From a virus (taxonomy: Duplodnaviria > Caudoviricetes), in IMG/VR virus record IMGVR_UViG_3300034095_001474, positions 64,001-128,000 of that record: a stretch of DNA of 64,000 nucleotides; one strand, written 5' to 3'. A program made the position numbers and the translations under genes. Every line of letters starts with the position of its first letter. Positions within the stretch are counted from its first letter, which is position 1. Positions 56,767 to 64,000 of this stretch are shown piece after piece. Under the pieces are notes generated by a model. It worked only from the letters and a program-made list of their open reading frames with translations. It had not been told where the DNA came from and did not search any database.

Positions 56767-56838
56767 TACTCCCAGAGAGAATCGAACTCTCATTACCAGA
56801 TTGAAAACCTGGGGTCCTAACCGTTAGACGATAGGAGC
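56767..56838 (-). tRNA. tRNA-Glu(UUC)
   Basis: ASL CCAGG-TTTTCAA-TCTGG. Confidence 0.88.
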
Positions 56839-56909
56839 GTGTTATCTGTCTTTCCAGATTGCCATACTCATACTCTCCAATGAAACGTAACTTTCATTGC
56901 AAGCGTTTG

Positions 56910-56981
56910 TACTGCCACGGAGAATCGAACTCCGATTTTATGGATGAAAACCATAGGTCCTAACCGTTAGACGATGGCAGC
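56910..56981 (-). tRNA. tRNA-Glu(UUC)
   Basis: ASL TATGG-TTTTCAT-CCATA. Confidence 0.88.
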
Positions 56982-56987
56982 ATTTTG

Positions 56988-57060
56988 TGGTGATGGAGGG
57001 ATTCGAACCCCCGACACTCGCATCTTCAATGCGATGCTCTACCAACTGAGCTACATCACC
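56988..57060 (-). tRNA. tRNA-Phe(GAA)
   Basis: ASL TCGCA-TTGAAGA-TGCGA. Confidence 0.9.
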
Positions 57061-57142
57061 GTTATTGTTTTACAAATGTACAAACTCTTTTTCAATTATC
57101 CTAATTTATTTGTACTTTTTTTTTTATTTTTTTTCTATAAAC

Positions 57143-57175
57143 AAAAAAAGCTCTGATTTTTAGGTCAGAGCTTTT
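57143..57175 (-). terminator. attenuator terminator of cassette B
   Basis: AAAAGCTCTGA/TCAGAGCTTTT followed by U tract. Confidence 0.8.
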
Positions 57176-57198
57176 ATCAATTATGTTAAACGATTACG

Positions 57199-57291
57199 TT
57201 AACTTATGATAATAGATGACCTCCCCAAGCTTTCATCGGCCTCGGCTGCAAAGTTAAATGCAAAATCAAATATGTTAGTTAATGTTTTCAT
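57199..57291 (-). promoter_or_regulatory. leader peptide B: MKTLTNIFDFAFNFAAEADESLGRSSIIIS
   Basis: 30-aa ORF; AGGTCA..TTATCA complements TGATAA..TGACCT overlapping the terminator. Confidence 0.78.
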
Positions 57292-57358
57292 AGTTTTTCT
57301 TTTTATGGGTTTTAACCCGTTGTTTTAATTAAATATACCGTTGTTTCCAAAAGTTATA

Positions 57359-57390
57359 CAAATGTACGACATTTATTCCAATTTGTCAAG
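57359..57390 (-). promoter_or_regulatory. promoter of cassette B
   Basis: CTTG-N20-TACATTTG, near-identical to A and C. Confidence 0.7.
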
Positions 57391-57413
57391 TTTTTTTACA
57401 ATTATTTTATTTT

Positions 57414-57755
57414 TTATAAAGAATTTAAGTCTTTTACCTCTTTATGTTTGAATTCAGCACCATCTGTTGTTTTCATAGAAGGTACATATTCATATTCACC
57501 TTGGTACTTTTGTTTTAGATATTGCATCATTGCAGAACCATAACCTTTTCTTCTAAATCCTTCTCTAACTTCTATATGACTTACAGTTAACTCACCATCA
57601 TATAAAACATATTGAACAATACCCATTACATCGCCATTGATATATAAACCCAACTCATAATTATGTTGACCATCATAAGAATCTAAATGTTCTATCTTAT
57701 ATTCAACTTTTGGTTCAATCGATTCTCTTAATATTTGTTTTATAAAATTTTTCAT
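57414..57755 (-). CDS. GNAT-family acetyltransferase
   Basis: IEVREGFRRKGYGSAMM acetyl-CoA motif. Confidence 0.8.
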   Translation of the reverse strand: MKNFIKQILRESIEPKVEYKIEHLDSYDGQHNYELGLYINGDVMGIVQYVLYDGELTVSHIEVREGFRRKGYGSAMMQYLKQKYQGEYEYVPSMKTTDGAEFKHKEVKDLNSL

Positions 57756-57760
57756 CTTTT

Positions 57761-58453
57761 TTATTTATCACCATATTTTCCAGTTATTGCCATTGCCACT
57801 TTTTTTATAAATTCCCTTCTTTGTTCTGGTGTTAACCCAGCACCACCATTTTCATAACTATTAATCATGTTAGCAATAACAATTTCTTTTTTTCTCACCA
57901 TTTGATGCTTGTAATCCAAAACATCTCTCAATCCCATAAACCAAAATCCATCTTCAAATTCTAAATCTGATATTATTTCAGCTTCATTTCTAATTTCAAC
58001 ATTAGCATAAGCACCACCAGCTCTTTTGGGGTCCCAAACAGTAAACGCTTCAATATTCATAGTTGTTAATGGTGGATTTAAGTTATAAGGTCTATATATA
58101 CCATCTTTTAAAAACTCACCCATACCAGCATTTTCCCATATTTCAGTGTTTGGTATTACTATATCTAAATCACCGACACTAGTAGGAAATTCTGGGTCTA
58201 ATTGATTCATTTCATAAACCAACTCTGGATATAAGTATAATCTAGCAGAACCAGCAATAAAATATACACCTCTTTCAGAGTTTGGTTTTATACCAAATTT
58301 ATCAAATATTACAGTTTTTGATTCATGTAAATATTGTGACAATTTAGAATTCATAACCTCATTTAATTGATTACCATCTTTTAGTATTGATTCTAATTTT
58401 GTCCACACATTGTTTTCTTTCAATGCTTCATTAAATAATTCAGATAATTTCAT
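57761..58453 (-). CDS. putative nucleotidyltransferase-fold protein
   Basis: IAGSARL..GDLDIVI (GS..DxD). Confidence 0.5.
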   Translation of the reverse strand: MKLSELFNEALKENNVWTKLESILKDGNQLNEVMNSKLSQYLHESKTVIFDKFGIKPNSERGVYFIAGSARLYLYPELVYEMNQLDPEFPTSVGDLDIVIPNTEIWENAGMGEFLKDGIYRPYNLNPPLTTMNIEAFTVWDPKRAGGAYANVEIRNEAEIISDLEFEDGFWFMGLRDVLDYKHQMVRKKEIVIANMINSYENGGAGLTPEQRREFIKKVAMAITGKYGDK

Positions 58454-58751
58454 ATTCTTTTAATCTTTCTATTGCTTCTTTATCATATTGGTTTTCAATA
58501 GTCAATGATTTAAAAGATAAAAACATATCTTTTGGACTTGGACCTTTTAAGAATAAAAAGTTGTAAGCCGACCATTCACTAGTTAAATAGTAACCATTTT
58601 CATTTTTCATTTTATCAAGCAAACACATTGGGTGTTTATTGATGTATTTCCAATCGTAATCATTACATACTTTACTTACTTTCTTCATAAAGATTGTAAA
58701 CTCAATGTATCTAACTACTAAAACCAAAGATATAAACCAAATCGCTATCAT
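58440..58751 (-). CDS. hypothetical protein with N-terminal TM
   Basis: ORF in run. Confidence 0.6.
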   Translation of the reverse strand: MIAIWFISLVLVVRYIEFTIFMKKVSKVCNDYDWKYINKHPMCLLDKMKNENGYYLTSEWSAYNFLFLKGPSPKDMFLSFKSLTIENQYDKEAIERLKEYEII

Positions 58752-58826
58752 AATATAAATATTTAATGTTTATCAAATGTAATGATAATATTTTAATTAT
58801 CCTAATTATTTATGAATTTTTATTTG

Positions 58827-58908
58827 TACAGATAGAGAGACTCGAACTCTCACGCCTTTCGGCAAACGCTTCTAAGGCGTTCGGGTCTACCAATTCCCCC
58901 ATATCTGC
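58827..58908 (-). tRNA. tRNA-Leu(UAG)
   Basis: ASL AACGC-CTTAGAA-GCGTT; long variable arm; A73. Confidence 0.9.
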
Positions 58909-58913
58909 ATTTA

Positions 58914-59014
58914 AGATTGAAGTAGGACTCAAACCTACACAGCAGCCTTTGTTAGACCTCTAATGCTACCACCCCAGGTTATTGAGGCATGTCTATCAAT
59001 TTCATCATTCAACC
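58914..59014 (-). ncRNA. Leu-type tRNA-like RNA with 23-nt anticodon loop
   Basis: GGTTGAA/TTCAATC, D arm ATG/CAT, GCCTC/GAGGT stem, T arm. Confidence 0.55.
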
Positions 59015-59018
59015 TTTG

Positions 59019-59100
59019 TACCGAGAGAGGGAGTCGAACCCTCACGCCCTACGGGCAAGGGATTTTAAGTCCCTCGTGTCTACCATTCCACCACCTCGGC
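59019..59100 (-). tRNA. tRNA-Leu(UAA)
   Basis: ASL AGGGA-CTTAAAA-TCCCT; long variable arm. Confidence 0.92.
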
Positions 59101-59175
59101 ATTTGGATAGACATATGACCGTGTGGTCTATCCCGTCACCGTGACAAATAATTGACTAGTTCATGCATTCGTCAA

Positions 59176-59397
59176 TCAATCATTCATCAACACAATTTGT
59201 GCTTCTTCGAGAGGCATGTGTGTCTGCTGTTTCCATTGGTTGTCTCTGTAGTTCTTCCAACTCTTATGGTCAGAATTTCTATTTCTGTTACAACCTCTGT
59301 GTGGTGCACAAATTGGACACCCCAATATTTCTTCTCTAACAGTCATTTTATACACTCTGCTGTTGTTCGTGTGTTTTTTCTCGTCTTTTTTTCTCAT
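59176..59397 (-). CDS. small basic Cys/His protein
   Basis: CPICAPHRGCN..SWKNYRDNQWK. Confidence 0.55.
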   Translation of the reverse strand: MRKKDEKKHTNNSRVYKMTVREEILGCPICAPHRGCNRNRNSDHKSWKNYRDNQWKQQTHMPLEEAQIVLMND

Positions 59398-59468
59398 AAT
59401 TTAAGTGTTAAGCATGTGCTTCACCTAAATCGAGTTCCTTTTCTAGTTTTCATATTCTTCATTTTTAG

Positions 59469-59541
59469 TAGGGGTAGAGGGATTCGAACCCCCGACCTAT
59501 TGCATGTAAGGCAATTGCTGCTACCGCTGAGCTATACCCCT
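59469..59541 (-). tRNA. tRNA-Val(UAC)
   Basis: ASL ATTGC-CTTACAT-GCAAT. Confidence 0.88.
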
Positions 59542-59731
59542 ATTTTTCTTTATCTTTAATCATATTTGTTGCACAACACTCATATAGTTCTGCTATGTTT
59601 TTTCTTTTATCACCTGGATATGTTGTTAATCCATCTAACAAACCACTATCAATCCATTTCTGAATCATTTCTTCACGTCTGTTTTTCATACGTTCAATAT
59701 TGTCTGATATTGAGTGACCTAAGTTTTCCAT
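59540..59731 (-). CDS. hypothetical protein resembling a gp23-type capsid N-terminal segment
   Basis: KWIDSGLLDGL..NIAELYE; start trimmed to MENLG. Confidence 0.5.
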   Translation of the reverse strand: MENLGHSISDNIERMKNRREEMIQKWIDSGLLDGLTTYPGDKRKNIAELYECCATNMIKDKEK

Positions 59732-59745
59732 ATTCTTAATTTTTG

Positions 59746-59818
59746 TTGGCCTGGGGAATTTCGAAATCCCGACTTCTGCCATGTAAAAGCAGCACTCTTG
59801 CCTCTGAGTTACAGTCCA
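59746..59818 (-). tRNA. tRNA-Val(UAC)
   Basis: ASL CTGCT-TTTACAT-GGCAG. Confidence 0.82.
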
Positions 59819-59830
59819 AGGTGATGGGGT

Positions 59831-60094
59831 TTAATTACCCCATCTTATTGTGTTATTTGCAATTGCTTTTCGAATATATCTCATTAGCGTAATTGCTTTA
59901 TATGTTCTTTCAAAGCTTGACTCACCAATATCTTCAGTATTGGTTGTATCAATTGGGAACTCATATTTATACTTATCAGTTTGAACTGTGTAATATAAGT
60001 TACCTTCTTTGTAGTATGCGAACTCTGCTGTCGTTCCTTTTACTATTTCTGTAATCGTTTGTGGTACTACCACTGTTTCGTTAACTGTATCCAT
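59831..60094 (-). CDS. hypothetical protein
   Basis: ORF ending KAITLMRYIRKAI. Confidence 0.7.
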   Translation of the reverse strand: MDTVNETVVVPQTITEIVKGTTAEFAYYKEGNLYYTVQTDKYKYEFPIDTTNTEDIGESSFERTYKAITLMRYIRKAIANNTIRWGN

Positions 60095-60404
60095 TTTCTT
60101 TTTTATATTTTTCGTGCATTAAATGTATTGTATGGTAAGGACTTCCACCTTTACCTTCAACTATTTCATTGAAACCGTTTTCTTTGGTTATAACAGATTC
60201 TTCAGCTTTGATAGAACCTCTGAATTTATCACCATAACTTCCAGAAACTGTTTTGGTTGCTGGGTCTATATCACCCCAAGAACTTCTAAAGTTTCTAGGT
60301 TCAATAAATTCAACAAAATACTGCTTACCAGTTTGAATATACGTAATCACTTCTCTTCCAGTTTCATCTCTGTTAACTAGGAAATTCTTTCTAACATTTG
60401 TCAT
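60081..60404 (-). CDS. hypothetical protein
   Basis: ORF in run. Confidence 0.7.
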   Translation of the reverse strand: MTNVRKNFLVNRDETGREVITYIQTGKQYFVEFIEPRNFRSSWGDIDPATKTVSGSYGDKFRGSIKAEESVITKENGFNEIVEGKGGSPYHTIHLMHEKYKKENGYS

Positions 60405-60584
60405 AACATTTTTTTTTACTTTCTTTTAGTCTTTAACAACTTTTTTATTATTTTTCCCCAATTGAATGAATTATCCAATTTTACTACATTTGGTCTCATG
60501 ATTTCTCTAGACCCTTTGATATTCCCCGACATCACTTTTTTTCCTTCTTCGTTTCTTTCTGTTTTCATATTTTATTTGTTTTAG

Positions 60585-60657
60585 AACACCTAGTTGGATT
60601 CGAACCAACGCATAACGGTTTTGCAAACCGCCCCCTTAACCACTTGAGCATAGGTGC
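60585..60657 (-). tRNA. tRNA-Cys(GCA)
   Basis: U73; ASL GCGGT-TTGCAAA-ACCGT. Confidence 0.9.
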
Positions 60658-60660
60658 ATA

Positions 60661-60692
60661 AAAAAAGCCCATCTAAATTGTTAGATGGGCTT
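60661..60692 (-). terminator. attenuator terminator of cassette C
   Basis: AAGCCCATCTAA/TTAGATGGGCTT plus U tract ending about 3 nt before tRNA-Cys. Confidence 0.85.
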
Positions 60693-60721
60693 CATATTGT
60701 TTTTGTTATTTAAGTCAAACA

Positions 60722-60796
60722 CTAACAAACATAGCCCACCCCGTCTACTGCAAGTAAACATAATAAAAGGACGTGTAATGTGTTAATTGTTTTCAT
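60722..60796 (-). promoter_or_regulatory. leader peptide C: MKTINTLHVLLLCLLAVDGVGYVC
   Basis: 24-aa ORF; GGTGGGCT..TTTGTTA complements TAACAAA..AGCCCATC. Confidence 0.78.
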
Positions 60797-60846
60797 AATT
60801 TTTCTTTTTGTTTCTATTAAATATACCCCTATTTCTAAAAGTTACA

Positions 60847-60878
60847 CAAATGTACGACATTTATTTCAATTTGTCAAG
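60847..60878 (-). promoter_or_regulatory. promoter of cassette C
   Basis: CTTG-N20-TACATTTG. Confidence 0.7.
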
Positions 60879-60933
60879 TCTTTTCGTATTTATTTTTATT
60901 TTTTATTGACTATATGGTAAATATTATCTATAA

Positions 60934-61263
60934 TTGAATATGGGATATGTTTATTTATTTTTAGAGGTTGATAAAGAAGGTAATGAAGCTTATAAGATTG
61001 GTATTACTAAAAATGAGCCAATCAAACGAGTGAAACAATTGCAAACTGGTAATTCACGCAAATTGACTTACCTTAAATCTTATAAATCAGAAAACTACTT
61101 AAAAGTAGAACGTTTTTTACATAGAAAATATATGATAAAAACTGAAGCTGAAAATGAATGGAGAACTCTTACTGATGAACAAGTTATTTCATTCATTAAA
61201 GATTGTGAGGAAGCTGATGAAAATATCAACTTCCTTTTAAAAAACAATCATTTTTATAAGTGA
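60934..61263 (+). CDS. GIY-YIG / T5orf172-like nuclease
   Basis: YVYL..YKIGIT..RVKQLQTGN..E..LH..NEW. Confidence 0.82.
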   Translation: MNMGYVYLFLEVDKEGNEAYKIGITKNEPIKRVKQLQTGNSRKLTYLKSYKSENYLKVERFLHRKYMIKTEAENEWRTLTDEQVISFIKDCEEADENINFLLKNNHFYK

Positions 61264-62429
61264 TAGAATTCTCTTCTAATCTTAATCAACAACTTGTTAA
61301 CCAATTCTGGGTCAATACCTTTAGGTAAATCAGATTCATCAAAAATCCTATCCATCTCTTTGATTTCAGCTTCTGCTGTATCAATAAGTGAATCTAAATC
61401 AATTTCGCCTCTACGAATAGACAATAGATATTCTCTATCTGGTCGTCTTACAATGATTCCTTCACCACGTCCAATTTCTTGTGACATTCTAATAAGTCTC
61501 ATACAATGCATCATATTCTTACCATCAATTTGTTGTCCATGTTTAACCGTATCAACGTATCTTGCAGTGTTTCTATTCTCAACCCATTCCATATATTCTT
61601 TATAGTCCTTGCAGTGAGCTGTATACCCATCTTTGTTGAACATGATGTTACAGATAGGTGTTTCACCCTTTGGAATACTTGATAAACGTAATTGATTGGA
61701 TTCAGCAGCATTATCAGAACCGCCAACCTTAGCAAGAGCCTTATAACCAAATCCCATCGCTTTACCTTGTGATTTTAACTCATTCTTCATAAATTCTCTT
61801 TGTTCTTCACTAAAAAACTCACCAAAACAAGCAGCCGCAATATTATCGTAAAAAACAGCATATAAATCTTTTGCGTGTGGAACATTGGTAATACCTAAGA
61901 ATTTTTCTTCATAACCCAGACCTTCACACCATTTTTTCCATGGAACTGATTGTTCACCTTGAATAACATAACAGAAATCCAACACATCTTTACGAGTAAC
62001 TGAACCTTGTTCTATGTTTTGTTTCTTGTTAAGACCTCTAGCTTTAGATATTTGTTGTACAGCATACCCACCAAATGAGTTCTTACACCCTTTGGTGATA
62101 AAATCAGCCTTGTGGTCCAATACATATTGAAACAATGGATGTTTTGTAATGATACAATCTTCTGGTGTGTTTAATAACTCCAATACTGTCGGATTTGAGC
62201 TTCCCATTAGTTCTAAGAACCTTTTAAGTTCCCAACCAGTATAATCCTTGTTTACGTTTAATTGTTCAACGTAACCAGTCCCTAAGATGTAATCTTGTGG
62301 TAAGATATATACAAACTTCTTATCAACATCAGATGTTGGAGTTTGTGTTCCATATGCTTGTGACCCAATGATACATTCAAATAGGATAAGCCCGTTTTGT
62401 TCTAAGTATTCGTGTGTAATCTTTTCCAT
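61254..62429 (-). CDS. Pol-beta superfamily nucleotidyltransferase (RlaP/YcgL-like)
   Basis: GSQAYGT..SDVD; KNMMHCMRL. Confidence 0.82.
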   Translation of the reverse strand: MEKITHEYLEQNGLILFECIIGSQAYGTQTPTSDVDKKFVYILPQDYILGTGYVEQLNVNKDYTGWELKRFLELMGSSNPTVLELLNTPEDCIITKHPLFQYVLDHKADFITKGCKNSFGGYAVQQISKARGLNKKQNIEQGSVTRKDVLDFCYVIQGEQSVPWKKWCEGLGYEEKFLGITNVPHAKDLYAVFYDNIAAACFGEFFSEEQREFMKNELKSQGKAMGFGYKALAKVGGSDNAAESNQLRLSSIPKGETPICNIMFNKDGYTAHCKDYKEYMEWVENRNTARYVDTVKHGQQIDGKNMMHCMRLIRMSQEIGRGEGIIVRRPDREYLLSIRRGEIDLDSLIDTAEAEIKEMDRIFDESDLPKGIDPELVNKLLIKIRREFYHL

Positions 62430-62672
62430 TTATTTTAATATTACTTTTTTACAAATATATCTAACTAATGCACCATCATGGTCATATAGTTTAAAAAATT
62501 CACCAGTTAGTTCATGCAATTCCCACTCTCGTCTTTTTATATAGCTACCTCTATCGCCTTCATCAAAGAATGATTTACATTCATCCAGCGTTTTAAAACA
62601 TTCATCATAAACTGTAGTACTACCGTTTTTATTGTTGTAATAGTTTATTGTTATTGGTATAAATAATTCCAT
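62430..62672 (-). CDS. hypothetical protein
   Basis: ORF after promoter. Confidence 0.55.
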   Translation of the reverse strand: MELFIPITINYYNNKNGSTTVYDECFKTLDECKSFFDEGDRGSYIKRREWELHELTGEFFKLYDHDGALVRYICKKVILK

Positions 62673-62711
62673 TTCTCTTTATTTTTAACAAAGGTAAGTA
62701 TAATATTCCAA

Positions 62712-63176
62712 TTATCCTAAATTATTCAAATATCTTTTATATAATCTACAAGTACCAGAACTATTAAATAATTTACCTTTTACTGTTTTATAACCATTTT
62801 TGTTTAAAATGTCAGCTATCTTATCGTAAGAATAACCTTTATTTCTACCATCAACAACAACAACCATAGCTTTTTTATTATTTTCATTGTCTAAAGCTTT
62901 TTGTTTAATAGCTCTATTACCCTTATCTTTAGCTTCTTGAGTCAAGTTTTCTGGTTTACCTAACTTCACACCACGAGCTTTAGCTTTTTGTAATCCCTCA
63001 ATTGTTAACCGTTTATGGTCTGGTCTATTTTTTAATCCATGAACCTTACAGTGACATTCAACACATAATGGTATTGTTTTAGTACCACCTCGAACTCTAG
63101 GTATTACATGGTGCATTTCACCATAAGGTTCACCACATTCAAAACAAATATCTGTATCAATTGTTATTATAGCCAT
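62712..63176 (-). CDS. HNH endonuclease fused to recombinase-type DNA-binding segment
   Basis: CFEC..HHVIPRVRGG..LCVECH; TIEGLQKAKARGVKLG. Confidence 0.72.
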   Translation of the reverse strand: MAIITIDTDICFECGEPYGEMHHVIPRVRGGTKTIPLCVECHCKVHGLKNRPDHKRLTIEGLQKAKARGVKLGKPENLTQEAKDKGNRAIKQKALDNENNKKAMVVVVDGRNKGYSYDKIADILNKNGYKTVKGKLFNSSGTCRLYKRYLNNLG

Positions 63177-63177
63177 A

Positions 63178-63402
63178 TTACCCTAAAAATTCTTTCAATT
63201 CTTTTTCTAATTGTTCATATATGTTATCTCTAACAACACTATCATCAACACCCCATCTAATCGCATCATCTTTTATGTGTTGAGGTAACATCTCGAATAC
63301 TTTCAATAGTTGCTCATGATTCAACGATACATCTGTCAAATCAAATACTGTGTCATGTAGTGAATCAAAATCACCTTCTTCCCATTCTATTGTAATTTTC
63401 AT
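63178..63402 (-). CDS. hypothetical protein
   Basis: ORF after promoter. Confidence 0.6.
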   Translation of the reverse strand: MKITIEWEEGDFDSLHDTVFDLTDVSLNHEQLLKVFEMLPQHIKDDAIRWGVDDSVVRDNIYEQLEKELKEFLG

Positions 63403-63450
63403 TTCTTTTTATTTTTAACAAAGGTATGTAAAATAATTCAATCTACCAAA

Positions 63451-63990
63451 TTAATTTGTAATAAAACCTTTTTTAATACAATCATGTATGTATGTTGAGT
63501 GGAATATGTTCTTTTCATTGGCATATCCCATTGACATATGCAATCCAAAGTGTGGTCTACCCAAATTTATCTCTGCTCTTATCTCATGCAGCACCTCTCT
63601 TTCATCATTTGGTATGTTTAACCACCATGAACGGTCATCTGTTCTAGGGTTTAGGTCCAATACTATCTCTATTTGTTTACCATCCCATTTTTTCTTGCAT
63701 TCTTCCCAAGATTTTAACGCAGCTTCTTCAGATATAGTTCCGTTTTGTGTTAAATCTCTCATACTATCGTTGATAAATGATATGTGAGCACCCCTTAGTG
63801 GTTTGTTTAGTGTGATACTATATCTACGTTGTAAAAACCAAGCATAGTATTCACATATATCACCATCAATAAACACCATAGCAACCTTCTTCCAAGATGC
63901 TTGGTCCTTGTGTTTACGTGTGTAGTCCTCTGGTTCGAATCCAATAGTTCCATATAACGTTATTCTTTCTTGCATTTTCTCTTTGTTCAT
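63451..63990 (-). CDS. putative 2H phosphoesterase
   Basis: two HxS motifs: AHISF and LHMSM. Confidence 0.55.
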   Translation of the reverse strand: MNKEKMQERITLYGTIGFEPEDYTRKHKDQASWKKVAMVFIDGDICEYYAWFLQRRYSITLNKPLRGAHISFINDSMRDLTQNGTISEEAALKSWEECKKKWDGKQIEIVLDLNPRTDDRSWWLNIPNDEREVLHEIRAEINLGRPHFGLHMSMGYANEKNIFHSTYIHDCIKKGFITN

Positions 63991-64000
63991 ATGTTGAGGT

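Noticed and set aside
59421-59453. Mini-ORF MKTRKGTRFR as a fifth attenuator
   Set aside because: No downstream terminator/antiterminator pair and no tRNA-Arg follows it.
1375-59559. Most plus-strand ORFs in the track (e.g. 1375, 2439, 19777, 27928, 36102, 48767, 59152)
   Set aside because: Antisense shadows of well-supported minus-strand genes or tRNAs, with no recognisable motifs.
1-64000. Stop-codon reassignment
   Set aside because: Conserved enzymes are full length in the standard code, TAG and TGA act as stops, and no suppressor tRNA is present.

Overview
This is a 64-kb, very AT-rich segment of what is most likely a jumbo phage infecting a Bacteroidota host. Host inference: many intergenic promoters match TTTG-N20-TAnnTTTG, starts are A-rich, and several families are Bacteroidota-typical. 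Almost all genes lie on the minus strand and read in the standard code; no full-length virion or replisome genes are visible. The left part (1-41 kb) is an accessory/host-takeover region: two sigma factors, SmpB, RNase R, IF3, an RlmN-like enzyme, phosphoesterases and HADs, an SF2 helicase followed by two tandem-repeat proteins, an NAD salvage block (PRS, NAMPT, NMNAT-Nudix, Sir2, macro, SLOG) and DHFR. The right part (41-61 kb) is a tRNA-rich region with 21 canonical tRNAs, about 9 non-canonical tRNA-like RNAs, homing endonucleases and an ABC/OmpA operon. Best candidate for an undescribed system: three copies of a promoter/leader-peptide/antiterminator/terminator cassette, each upstream of a tRNA array whose amino acids match the leader's regulatory codons, i.e. 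apparent ribosome-sensed attenuation of phage tRNA operons. Second candidate: circularly permuted and intron-like tRNA genes sharing one conserved RNA junction motif (A6-8GYYAAUCU / AGAUU..UUCAGCA). All family calls come from motif recognition by eye; no database search or RNA folding was run.
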